Below are positions 15,736 to 24,422 of a DNA stretch of 32,000 nucleotides, one piece after another. Both the position numbers and the translations under genes were made by a program. Under the pieces are notes generated by a model that worked only from the letters and a program-made list of their open reading frames with translations, did not search any database and was not told the origin of the DNA. The DNA is from an uncultured Alphaproteobacteria bacterium. GTDB taxonomy: Bacteria > Pseudomonadota > Alphaproteobacteria > Rs-D84. The stretch's first letter is position 1; each line of letters opens with the position of its first letter. The stretch covers positions 630,001 to 662,000 of the forward strand of contig OZ007020.1 of NCBI GenBank assembly GCA_963931495.1, in the 5' to 3' direction.

Positions 15736-16650
15736 ACGCCAGATTTGGCCGGGTAAATTACCCATAATGCGATTAATGCGATATATGGGGATGAAACTGG
15801 ATTGCTGTATGGGCCACCGGGACCGGGCAAAACAACATTGGCACACATCGTTGCAAATGAACTGGGGACAAATTTCCGTGCGACGTTGGTCCCGATGCCG
15901 GCAATGCAAGGCGATTTGGCGGCAATATTGACCGCGCCCGAACCAATGGACGTGCTGTTTATTGATGAAATACATCGTCTGCCAACGGCCATAGAAGAAG
16001 TTTTGTATTCGGCAATGGAAGACTTTAAGTCTGGGTATCATGTTGTGCGAATATGGCCAATGCGCAGATAAAAAATGCATTGGCGTGGCCGGCGAAAAAC
16101 GAATACACCAAATTTAACATATTCACGCTTTATTTACTTGAATATCTTCGGTTCCGAATACACCCTGTATCCCCCAGTCTGTACCGTATAATACCTGTTC
16201 GTGGGTGCCGAATCCGACCGAACAGACATATGATATACACAAGTCGTTCAGGGTTCTTGGGTAACGGACATATTAGTTTGCGCCTGGGGGGGGTAATTGA
16301 TAACGTTTCTTTGATGGGGTACGTGTATATTAAAAAACATGATAAATTAACTGTTGAAATAAAATCTTTCGCGGCGGTTGCGGACATGGTGGTACTTGTC
16401 CGGCACGTTATGAAAATGGCCGATGTTTTATTTGTGGATGTGTTCCGAATATTTTGCGCCATGACGTACGCAGGTATGAAACAGATTTATAAATTGTGCA
16501 AATTTTCAGTACTATCAGGATTTGATGTTGGGGTGGCGTGATGCTTTTCCGCCGGGCCCCAGTGATTACAGTGTGACGAAATAACCCAGCCGGACGGGTA
16601 TATTTTGCGCGTAATCTGCGCTTGCTGCGGTGGTGTGCCGGGGGCGTTAA
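15736..16650 (+). pseudogene. ruvB: degraded ruvB (Holliday junction helicase) remnant
   Basis: [22 protein letters not shown]...[11 protein letters not shown]...[11 protein letters not shown] is unmistakably RuvB. It is preceded by an in-frame stop (TPDLAG*ITH) and followed by frameshifts. Faint downstream traces are RGCRIRPNR (cf. RGTPRIANR) and FRRAPV (cf. FGGGPVG). The 3' boundary is approximate. Confidence 0.75.
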
Positions 16651-16678
16651 CAATATGTGATGCGGGGGCTGGTGTCTT

Positions 16679-17365
16679 TTATCGCACGTGCGCTGTTATT
16701 AACCTGTCAATTACTGGGCGCAGGTGCGAAAACACTTCATCAATACCCATGCGGGTACCATCTGGGCGCATTTCATCAACAACTGTCCACGTGTTGGGAT
16801 TGATATTGGCAATTTGACGATACACGTTTGATACATCGTACAGTAATTTGAAATCGCGTTCATGAATATCAGGGCGACCGTTTTGATATTGCTTTAATCC
16901 AGTGTTGCGCATGTTATATGAAATCTTTGGATCCAGATACAGATATATATTGTGATTTGGGCGAATAATTCCCATCTGGTTGAATTCCAGTTCTTCCATA
17001 AAAGCAATCTTTTCAGCCCATTTGTCACGCGGTGTTTTTGCCACAGAAAAACAATTGCTGTATGTATATCTGTCCAAAACAACCCATTTGCCATCGCGCA
17101 GCCATTCAGATATCTGGGGCTGGTGCTGTAACCGGTCCAGTGCATATGGTAACATTGTGTATTCCGCCGGCAAGTCACGTGTGGCGCCAAATTTTCCGTT
17201 CAAATAATCCCGCACCATACGACCAAAAAATGCGTTGTATTGTGGAAAATCTAATGTTTCGGCGGCAATTCCACGGGTGCGCAGGTAATCTAGGGTTTTT
17301 ATAACCTGGGTGTGTTTACCGGCCTTGTCGGTACCTTCTATGGCAATCATGTATCCTGGGGTCAT
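16679..17365 (-). CDS. tmk: thymidylate kinase (dTMP kinase family)
   Basis: P-loop IAIEGTDKAGKHTQ and a DRYTYS motif. The start is placed at ATG 17365 (AAGGA SD) because the longer ORF to 17401 would run through the rpoD terminator hairpin. Confidence 0.75.
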   Translation of the reverse strand: MTPGYMIAIEGTDKAGKHTQVIKTLDYLRTRGIAAETLDFPQYNAFFGRMVRDYLNGKFGATRDLPAEYTMLPYALDRLQHQPQISEWLRDGKWVVLDRYTYSNCFSVAKTPRDKWAEKIAFMEELEFNQMGIIRPNHNIYLYLDPKISYNMRNTGLKQYQNGRPDIHERDFKLLYDVSNVYRQIANINPNTWTVVDEMRPDGTRMGIDEVFSHLRPVIDRLITAHVR

Positions 17366-17386
17366 GCAAATATCCTTTTGTTTGTA

Positions 17387-17413
17387 TATAAAATCCCGCA
17401 TGACGCGGGATTT
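17387..17413 (-). terminator. intrinsic terminator after rpoD
   Basis: The minus strand reads AAAUCCCGC-GUCAU-GCGGGAUUU followed by UAUAUAC, starting 7 nt after the rpoD stop. Confidence 0.7.
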
Positions 17414-17419
17414 ATGATG

Positions 17420-19504
17420 TTAATCTTCCAAGAAACTGCGTAATTTGCGTGCGCGTGTTGGGTGTTTCAGTTTATTTAATGCCTTTTGTTCAATCTGGCG
17501 AATACGTTCGCGTGTGACCCCGATGTATTCACCAACTTCTTCCAAGGTGCTGGTTTTATTAGTACTCATTCCAAAGCGTTGACGCAGTACAGTTTCTTCC
17601 TTGGGATCCAGTTCTGATAAAATTTGTGTAACGATTTTACGCAAATTCTTTTGCGCGGCGGACACAAATGGATTTTGTGCGGTTTCGTCGGCGATTGTTT
17701 CTATGCGGCTGCTGTCATCTTCGGGGCCGACGGGTGCCTCTAATGATATTGGTTTCAGATTTACTTTCAATGCCTTGTGTATTTTATCCACCGGCAGGTA
17801 TATGATTTTAGACAATTCTTCGGGTGTTGGTTGACGTCCGTATTTATGCATAAATTGGCGTGTTGCACGCTGGATTTTATGAATATTGTCAATCATATGA
17901 ACCGGGATGCGAATTGTGCGTGCCTGGTCGGCGATGCTGCGTGATATACCCTGTTGTATCCAGTTTGTCGCATATGTTGAAAATTTATTACCCAAACGAT
18001 AGTCAAATTTATCAACCGCCTTCATCAGCCCGATATTGCCATCTTGGACCAGATCGGAAAAATCCAGCCCCAGTCCACGATTACTGGATTTTTTTGCAAA
18101 TTTAATAACCAGACGCAGATTGGCTTCTATCATTTCGCGCTTTGCACGGGCGGCTTCGGATTGACCGCGACGGACCAATTCAACGACTTTTTTATATTCT
18201 GCGGTTGGTTGACCGGTTTCTTGAACGATTGCGGTAATGTCTTCTTGGATTTTCAATATGTCTTTTTCATGTTTTTTTGCGAATGCCGCCCAAGCCGGAT
18301 TTTTATGTTTTATTAATTTTTTGACCCAGTTGTGGTTGATTTCGTTACCAACATATTCAGCCAAGAAATCTTCGCGTTTAATTTTGTTCGCCATGGCCAG
18401 ACGCAATAATTTGCCTTCCAGTCCCATTAACAATTGGTCGCGCTTTGTCAGTTGTTCCAGTATTTCTGCAATACGGTCGTCATTCAGGCGGATTTTGCTG
18501 ACATATTCAAATAATTCCAAGCGCATCTTGTTGTATTTCTTTTCCAATGCTTCATCAGGCTTGGACGATACAGACAAGTTTTCCAGACGTTTGGCCTGTA
18601 ATTTTTGCATGCTGTTAAATATGCGTTTGATTTTTCCAAACAGTTCCATAACCATTGGCATCAACGCTTCTTCCATCACAGGAATTGGAACACCAGACGT
18701 GCCACGTGGGGTATCTTCTTTTTTTATTCCATCTTCGGATTCGTCGTCTTCATCTTCTTCATCATCTTCATCAGATGTGGTTGATTCTTCCAGATCGTCT
18801 AAATCATCGTCATCCAGTTCATCAACGTGTTCAACACCCTTGGATTTTAATGCTTCGGACAATGCCGCCAATGATTTTTGTTCAGAATCACTGGAATACA
18901 TAACTTCCAGATTAACAATATAGCGTAATCTGATATCTTCATCTTGTAATTGCTGGTACCAGTCCAGCATTGCACGAATTGTCATCGGGCTTTCGCACAG
19001 CCCGTATACCATCAGACGTGATGCGGCCTCAATACGTTGGGCAATTGCAACCTCGCCCGCGGCGGTCAGCAATTGGACGGTGCCAATTTGCTTTAAGTAT
19101 GATTGAACAGAATCTTGGACACCAAGTACCAGGTTGCCTGTTTGGCTGCGTTCCAGTTGCTTTGCATAATGTTCATAATCGTCGTCGTTGACATCCACCT
19201 GTTCCGCGTCGGCATTTAATGGATTGCGCGTTTTGTCCAAGTTTTCATCGCTGTCGTCATCATAGTAACGGCCGATGTCTTGGGCAAAACTTTCTGTTTC
19301 CAGGATTTCCAGTCCCAAATCTTGCTGGAAAAAGTCCAAGACTTCTTCTTGTTCATTGGATGGAATTTCGTCCGCTTCGGTTGCCGCATTAAAATCCATG
19401 CGGGACAGATATCCCGCATCCACCGCACTGGTGGCCAATTTTTGCAGATTTTCCGGCAATGAATCAATCAACAATTTGGTTGCCGCGTCTAGTTTTTTCG
19501 CCAT
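17420..19504 (-). CDS. rpoD: RNA polymerase primary sigma factor RpoD (sigma-70) with acidic insertion
   Basis: Regions 2-4 are present ([35 protein letters not shown]; [21 protein letters not shown]). The start is placed at ATG 19504 (AAAGG SD); the ORF track begins at TTG 19510. Confidence 0.95.
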   Translation of the reverse strand: MAKKLDAATKLLIDSLPENLQKLATSAVDAGYLSRMDFNAATEADEIPSNEQEEVLDFFQQDLGLEILETESFAQDIGRYYDDDSDENLDKTRNPLNADAEQVDVNDDDYEHYAKQLERSQTGNLVLGVQDSVQSYLKQIGTVQLLTAAGEVAIAQRIEAASRLMVYGLCESPMTIRAMLDWYQQLQDEDIRLRYIVNLEVMYSSDSEQKSLAALSEALKSKGVEHVDELDDDDLDDLEESTTSDEDDEEDEDDESEDGIKKEDTPRGTSGVPIPVMEEALMPMVMELFGKIKRIFNSMQKLQAKRLENLSVSSKPDEALEKKYNKMRLELFEYVSKIRLNDDRIAEILEQLTKRDQLLMGLEGKLLRLAMANKIKREDFLAEYVGNEINHNWVKKLIKHKNPAWAAFAKKHEKDILKIQEDITAIVQETGQPTAEYKKVVELVRRGQSEAARAKREMIEANLRLVIKFAKKSSNRGLGLDFSDLVQDGNIGLMKAVDKFDYRLGNKFSTYATNWIQQGISRSIADQARTIRIPVHMIDNIHKIQRATRQFMHKYGRQPTPEELSKIIYLPVDKIHKALKVNLKPISLEAPVGPEDDSSRIETIADETAQNPFVSAAQKNLRKIVTQILSELDPKEETVLRQRFGMSTNKTSTLEEVGEYIGVTRERIRQIEQKALNKLKHPTRARKLRSFLED

Positions 19505-19540
19505 AAACAAACCTTTGTGTGTATATGTTTTGTATGGATG

Positions 19541-20074
19541 TTATTGTTGTTCTTGCTGTTTTTTTGCCTTGGCCACCGCGTCATGTAATGCGGATTCAGA
19601 GACCAGCCCCAGAACAATCGGACTTTGAATTTGAATCAATGAATAAGATTTATGTGTTTTATTACGCACAGATGCAACCGTTGGATTCGTGCTGCGCATC
19701 AGGCGTGCAACCTGGCCATCCGACAGTTCTGGATAATTTTTTATTATCCATAAAATTCCGCCCAGGCGATTTTGACGATGTAATTTCGGTGTATAACCAA
19801 CACCTTTTTTATTTTGTGCTTTTTGTGCAATGACAATTTCTTCGCGCAGTTGCAGGCGTGCATTCGGATCTGCTTCGCAACGTTCAATATCTTCGCGTGT
19901 CAATTGACCATTTAATATTGGATTTAAGCCCTGGATTTTATATGTTTCTGCGTCGGCGATGTTTTTTACTTCTAATTCATGCAGACCACAGAAATCAGCG
20001 ATTTGTTCAAACGTTAATGCAGTGTTTTCAATCAACCACAGCGCAGTGGATTTTGGCATATATGGGTAATTCAT
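19541..20074 (-). CDS. DUF1013 family protein (alphaproteobacteria-specific, TrcR-like)
   Basis: MPKSTALWLIENTALTFEQIADFCGLHELEV...GQLTREDIERCEADPNARL matches the DUF1013 pattern as I recall it. It ends 30 nt upstream of rpoD. Confidence 0.75.
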   Translation of the reverse strand: MNYPYMPKSTALWLIENTALTFEQIADFCGLHELEVKNIADAETYKIQGLNPILNGQLTREDIERCEADPNARLQLREEIVIAQKAQNKKGVGYTPKLHRQNRLGGILWIIKNYPELSDGQVARLMRSTNPTVASVRNKTHKSYSLIQIQSPIVLGLVSESALHDAVAKAKKQQEQQ

Positions 20075-20140
20075 GAACGTTCCTCTTGTTGCTGGGGGGA
20101 AATATACACCAAAAGCCCCCTGAATTCAAGACATTTTTGT

Positions 20141-20174
20141 ACAAAATTATGCATGGTATTCTACCACGCATAAT
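20141..20174 (-). terminator. 13-bp hairpin after cysS (probable terminator), overlapping the next promoter
   Basis: Minus-strand RNA AUUAUGCGUGGUA-GAA-UACCAUGCAUAAU followed by UUUGU. The single non-Watson-Crick position is G-U on the minus transcript but C-A on the plus strand. Confidence 0.5.
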
Positions 20175-20186
20175 TTGATTTGTCAA
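20158..20186 (-). promoter_or_regulatory. sigma-70-type promoter for the DUF1013-rpoD unit
   Basis: Minus strand TTGACA (20186-20181), 17-nt spacer, TAGAAT (20163-20158). Confidence 0.55.
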
Positions 20187-20198
20187 AAGATATAACTG

Positions 20199-21626
20199 TT
20201 ATGCTTTTTTGGTGATTTTTGTCCCGTCACGTGTATCAACAACAGTCCACCCGGCGGCATCAATTTGTGTACGCAGTTCGTCGGCGCGGGCCCAATCTTT
20301 AGCGGACTTGGCCGCGGCGCGTGCGTCCGCCAAAGCCATGATTTCCGCCGGGGCGGTTTCGGATTCTGTGTCGTTCATGCGTTTCGCCCGGCCAATAAAG
20401 TCCAGGCCCAACAAACGGTCAACAAATTCAAACAATGCAATTTTTGTTGATGCGTTAACGTCGTTCGTGCGCAGCAGTTCTTGAATCTGAACCAATGCTT
20501 CGGCTGTTTTCATGTTGTCAGATACTGGGGATAAAATCCGATTGTGCCATTCATCAAATTTCGCGTTATCCAGCGCGCCTGGTTCAGTATCCAACAGTAA
20601 TTCAGCAACACGGCGGACCAGGTTTTTATAACCATTTGCCGCAGCGTCCATTGCATCCCACGAAAACGCCAATTGTGTTTGATAGTGGCCCAGTAATATC
20701 AAATAACGGTATACCAGTGGATCATATCCGCGTTTGCGCACCGCGTCCAGCCCCAAGAATTCACCGCCAGATTTACTCATTTTGTCACCTGATTTATTAA
20801 CCAAAAAACTGAAATGCACCCAATAATTCACCCACGGTGCCCCAGTAATAGGTTCGCTTTGTGCGATTTCGTTTGTATGATGTATGCGTGATAAATCTTC
20901 GCCGCCAGTATGAATATCAAAGTGATTGCCAAGTAATTTCATGCTCATCGCGCTGCATTCAGCATGCCATCCCGGAAATCCGATGCCCCACGGACTGTCC
21001 CATTCCATTTGGCGTTTTTTGTCCTTGGGTGAAAATTTCCACAGTGCAAAGTCTGTGGGATTGCGTTTTGCGTCATTATATTCAACACGGGCCCCGGCAC
21101 GATTGCCGGCAACAGAACCACCGGTTAATGCACCGTATGCAGGAAATTTACTGGTATCATAATAAATGCCATCGCCCGAGATTTCATATGTGTATCCTAA
21201 ATCTTGTAATTTTTTGACCAAATCAATTTGTTCGGCGATATAATCGGTGGCACGAGGCATGTCTGTTGGGCGAATGTTATTCAAATCATCAAAATCACGC
21301 AGGAATTCATCAGTATAAAACTGGGCAATGTCCCAAACAGATTTATGATCACGTGCCGCGCCACGTTCCATTTTGTCATCGCCACTGTCGCTGTCGTCGC
21401 CGGTTAAATGACCAACATCGGTTATGTTCATAACGTGGTGTACAGTGTATCCGTTTTCAATAAACATGCGCTTTAATATATCATTGTGAATCATTGAACG
21501 CATGTTGCCAATGTGGGCATAATGATATACCGTGGGTCCGCACGAATAAAATCCCATCTTGCCAGGGACCAGTGGTTTGAATTCTTCTGTTTTACGGGTC
21601 ATGGTATTAAATAATCTTATTGTCAT
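20199..21626 (-). CDS. cysS: cysteine--tRNA ligase
   Basis: HIGN (YHYAHIGNMRS) and KMSKS (DKMSKSGG) class I motifs with typical CysRS length. AAAGGA SD. Confidence 0.95.
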   Translation of the reverse strand: MTIRLFNTMTRKTEEFKPLVPGKMGFYSCGPTVYHYAHIGNMRSMIHNDILKRMFIENGYTVHHVMNITDVGHLTGDDSDSGDDKMERGAARDHKSVWDIAQFYTDEFLRDFDDLNNIRPTDMPRATDYIAEQIDLVKKLQDLGYTYEISGDGIYYDTSKFPAYGALTGGSVAGNRAGARVEYNDAKRNPTDFALWKFSPKDKKRQMEWDSPWGIGFPGWHAECSAMSMKLLGNHFDIHTGGEDLSRIHHTNEIAQSEPITGAPWVNYWVHFSFLVNKSGDKMSKSGGEFLGLDAVRKRGYDPLVYRYLILLGHYQTQLAFSWDAMDAAANGYKNLVRRVAELLLDTEPGALDNAKFDEWHNRILSPVSDNMKTAEALVQIQELLRTNDVNASTKIALFEFVDRLLGLDFIGRAKRMNDTESETAPAEIMALADARAAAKSAKDWARADELRTQIDAAGWTVVDTRDGTKITKKA

Positions 21627-21653
21627 TATGCGCGTCCTTTTATGATATTTGGA

Positions 21654-21682
21654 ATATTATTCAAATGGGTGTTTTATTGCAA
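21654..21682 (-). promoter_or_regulatory. sigma-70-type promoter for cysS
   Basis: Minus strand TTGCAA (21682-21677), 17-nt spacer, TAATAT (21659-21654). Confidence 0.5.
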
Positions 21683-21963
21683 ACAAAAACGTTTGCCACG
21701 GCAAAGAAAATTATCTGCGACAGTAACAAGATATAAACTTTTTCATACAAAATATAGTATATTATATCATGTAAATTTGCAACTGGTATTTTTATGGAAT
21801 TTTATATGTAATTTTGTAATCTGGCGGCATGCCGTTTGGCGAATAAAAACTATTTAATTTTCATCCCGCGGAACCAGATTTCAGGCTGGGCTATAAAGCA
21901 CATAAATATGAACGGTTGTATAATGAAAATATTAAATATTTTGCGCGAAAAAATGCATCAGTT

Positions 21964-21991
21964 ATAAAAAACACCCCGCACTGTGCGGGGT
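21964..21991 (-). terminator. intrinsic terminator after tRNA-Ser(GCU)
   Basis: The minus strand reads ACCCCGCA-CAG-UGCGGGGU followed by GUUUUUUAU. Confidence 0.8.
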
Positions 21992-21998
21992 AAATTTC

Positions 21999-22087
21999 TG
22001 GCGGAGCGTATAGGACTCGAACCTATGGACCGCAAAAACACGGTCACAGATTAGCAATCTGCTGCATTACCACTCTGCCAACGCTCC
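21999..22087 (-). tRNA. tRNA-Ser (anticodon GCU), CCA encoded
   Basis: Hand-folded cloverleaf: acceptor GGAGCGU/ACGCUCC, 3-bp D stem, anticodon loop UUGCUAA, long variable arm GACCG...CGGUC, T arm AUAGG-UUCGAGU-CCUAU, discriminator G plus CCA. Confidence 0.9.
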
Positions 22088-22104
22088 GCGTGGTTGCGTG
22101 GGGT

Positions 22105-22133
22105 ATTATACATAATTGAAAAATTAAATGCAA
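22105..22133 (-). promoter_or_regulatory. consensus-like promoter for tRNA-Ser(GCU)
   Basis: Minus strand TTGCAT (22133-22128), 17-nt spacer, TATAAT (22110-22105). Confidence 0.7.
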
Positions 22134-22181
22134 GGTGAAATGCAGTAATAAGCCAGATAATTATGAATGCCGATGCGGAAT

Positions 22182-22211
22182 CAAAAAATCGCCCAAACGG
22201 GCGATTTTTTT
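22182..22211 (-). terminator. intrinsic terminator directly after the accDA stop
   Basis: AUCGCCC-GUUU-GGGCGAU is flanked by an A-run and a U-run, so it is bidirectional in form. Confidence 0.8.
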
Positions 22212-23960
22212 TTAATTGTCGTGATTTTCTGAATCGTGGGGTGGCGCATAGATTTCAACATCGCGCGTCATCGCCAAGAACTTTTCAGCACGCCGGGTTG
22301 GCAATTCATCCACAGGGATTTTTTGCAAATCTGTGATTTGTTCGGCAACAGCATTTGCCAACATTTCCATTGTCGTTTGCCAATCTGTGTGCGCGCCCCC
22401 GGCGGGTTCATCAACAATTTGGTCAATTATGTTCAAATCGGCCATGTCGCGCGCGGTTAATTTCATCGCAGCGGCGGCGGTTGCCTTGTATTTATTATCT
22501 TTCCACAAAATACTGGCACAAGATTCTGGGGCGATAACAGAATAAATTGTGTTTTCCAGCATTAATACGCGGTCGCCTGTACCAATTGCAATGGCGCCAC
22601 CACTGCCCCCTTCGCCGACATTAACGGCGACATATGGGGTTTTGATATCCAACCCGGTGGCAATAGATGATGCAATCGCTTGGGACTGGCCACGTTCTTC
22701 GGCGGCACTGCCGGCGAATGCGCCCGCGGTATCAAACAGTGATATTAACGGCAAGGCGAATTTTTCCGCCAGTCGCATCAGGCGTTGTGCCTTGCGATAT
22801 CCTTCGGGATTAGGCATGCCGAATCTGTGCAGTTGACGGGTTTCAATTGTGCGCCCTTTTTCTTGGCCGATAATTACGGACGGTATACCACGCCAATATC
22901 CAATACCGCCACACATGGCCGGATCTTCGCCAAATAAACGGTCGCCGGCCAGGTATGTCCAATCGTCTACGATGCCATTTATATAATCCAAAAAGTGTGG
23001 GCGGTTTTCGTTGCGCGCCAACAGAACCTTGTCATACGCATCGGTTTCGCCCATGCCACGAACTTTTTTATTGTCTGTGGATGGTGTCGTGACATTAATC
23101 GCACGCGGCGCACGCGGTTGTTTGGTTAATACGGCCAAGATTTTTTCCAGTTTTTCTTTTAGTTCCGCGCGCGGAACAACCATATCAACCATGCCGTGTT
23201 CATATAAATAATCGGCTGTTTGGAAATTAGACGGTAATTTTTCGCGTATATTTTGTTCAATAACACGACGACCGGCAAATCCAATACGGGCGCCTTGTTC
23301 GGCAATATTAATATCACCCAGCATTGCAAACGATGCCGTCACCCCACCGAACGTTGGGTCTGTTAACAGAACAATATACGGAATCCCGTTTGCGTGTAAT
23401 TTGTTTACGGCAACCGTTGTGCGGGCCATCTGCATCAAAGATAAAATATTTTCTTGCATGCGGGCACCACCACTGCATGTAACCATGATAAATGGCCGTT
23501 TTGATTCAATGGCATGTTCCATGCTGGCCACAATGCCGTCGCCAGCCGCGCGTCCCATTGACCCCAACAAAAAGTCACCATTCAAAATACAAATTGTCGT
23601 TGGAATACCACCAATAATTCCATCTGCGGATGTAACGGCATCATGATAGCCGGTTTCGGCACGTGCCTCTTCCAGACGATCAATATATGATTTGCGATCA
23701 ACAAAATTCAGTGGGTCGTCGGATACCGTTGGTAATGCAATACGCGACCATTCGTTGTTATCAAATAATAAATCAAATCTCTGTTTCGGGGTCATTATAA
23801 ATGCGCGTCCGCAACGGGGGCAAATGTAATGATTAGACTTATAGTCTTTGTAATACACCAGGTGCCCGCAAGATTCGCACTTAATCCACATCAGGCGGCG
23901 AATCCGGTCATAGCGTTCACGATTACGATTTTTTATGCCTGCTCTTTTTCCAAATAACAT
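22212..23960 (-). CDS. acetyl-CoA carboxylase carboxyltransferase, fused beta (AccD) + alpha (AccA) subunits
   Basis: The N-terminal half has the AccD zinc ribbon (CESCGH...CPRCG) and the GGARMQE motif. The C-terminal half is AccA-like (RPHFLDYI...GDRLFGEDPAM...FGMPNPEGYRKAQRLMRLAEKF...AEERGQSQAIA). It is one uninterrupted 582-codon frame. Confidence 0.9.
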   Translation of the reverse strand: MLFGKRAGIKNRNRERYDRIRRLMWIKCESCGHLVYYKDYKSNHYICPRCGRAFIMTPKQRFDLLFDNNEWSRIALPTVSDDPLNFVDRKSYIDRLEEARAETGYHDAVTSADGIIGGIPTTICILNGDFLLGSMGRAAGDGIVASMEHAIESKRPFIMVTCSGGARMQENILSLMQMARTTVAVNKLHANGIPYIVLLTDPTFGGVTASFAMLGDINIAEQGARIGFAGRRVIEQNIREKLPSNFQTADYLYEHGMVDMVVPRAELKEKLEKILAVLTKQPRAPRAINVTTPSTDNKKVRGMGETDAYDKVLLARNENRPHFLDYINGIVDDWTYLAGDRLFGEDPAMCGGIGYWRGIPSVIIGQEKGRTIETRQLHRFGMPNPEGYRKAQRLMRLAEKFALPLISLFDTAGAFAGSAAEERGQSQAIASSIATGLDIKTPYVAVNVGEGGSGGAIAIGTGDRVLMLENTIYSVIAPESCASILWKDNKYKATAAAAMKLTARDMADLNIIDQIVDEPAGGAHTDWQTTMEMLANAVAEQITDLQKIPVDELPTRRAEKFLAMTRDVEIYAPPHDSENHDN

Positions 23961-23975
23961 TTTAATGCCTGTACT

Positions 23976-24254
23976 TTATTCGTTCATTTTTTTTGTCAGT
24001 TCACGGCTGGGCTTGAATAATATCGTTGTGCTGGCGTCCAGATGCATTGGTTGCCCAGTACATGGATTATATCCAATTTTTGTTGCACGTGGCCGTGGTT
24101 GAAATGTCCCAAATCCACGAATTTCAATTCTGTTGCCGTTTGCCACGGATTCAATCATTTGTTCAGACACACTGTCCAATATCGCCGCCGCATCAGATGC
24201 GCGCATGTGTTTGAATTGAACCTGGATAGAACGTACAATATCAGAACGTTTCAT
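23976..24254 (-). CDS. ihfB: integration host factor beta subunit (HU/IHF family)
   Basis: RIEIRGFGTF, a NPxTG arm and LFKPSRELTKKMN. It is 92 aa with an AAAGGAA SD. Confidence 0.75.
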   Translation of the reverse strand: MKRSDIVRSIQVQFKHMRASDAAAILDSVSEQMIESVANGNRIEIRGFGTFQPRPRATKIGYNPCTGQPMHLDASTTILFKPSRELTKKMNE

Positions 24255-24422
24255 ATAATTTCCTTTTTTGTATGGTTACTATTATTTATATCTTAGCACA
24301 TTTTATCAAGAATAAAGTTTATATGTACAAATTTCAAGAATTATAATTTTATAAGATAACATGCCTGTTATATTTTGACCGATAATCTAATAAAATTTGA
24401 TTTGTAACCAAAAGGATTATAA

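Noticed and set aside
16053-16541. 162-aa plus-strand ORF, together with overlapping 110-aa and 81-aa minus ORFs
   Set aside because: They fall inside the decayed ruvB footprint. The 162-aa frame contains the degenerate RGCRIRPNR trace of RuvB, so it is best read as a chance open frame in pseudogene debris rather than a new gene.
18237-18923. 228-aa plus-strand Ser-rich ORF
   Set aside because: It is antisense to rpoD. The poly-Ser run is just the reverse complement of the acidic (Asp/Glu) insertion of sigma-70.
21642-21857. 71-aa plus-strand ORF in the cysS/tRNA-Ser spacer
   Set aside because: It is in a very AT-rich spacer with no SD and runs opposite to all neighbouring transcription signals. 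Its hydrophobic, aromatic composition is as expected from random AT-rich sequence.
24356-24371. Inverted repeat ATAACA-TGCC-TGTTAT, plus a TTATAA-TT-TTATAA element at ~24341-24354, upstream of the peroxiredoxin gene as a possible PerR/OxyR/Fur-type operator
   Set aside because: The arms are only 6 bp in a very AT-rich divergent promoter region. The sequence does not match the 7-1-7 Per/Fur box when aligned, so chance occurrence is likely.
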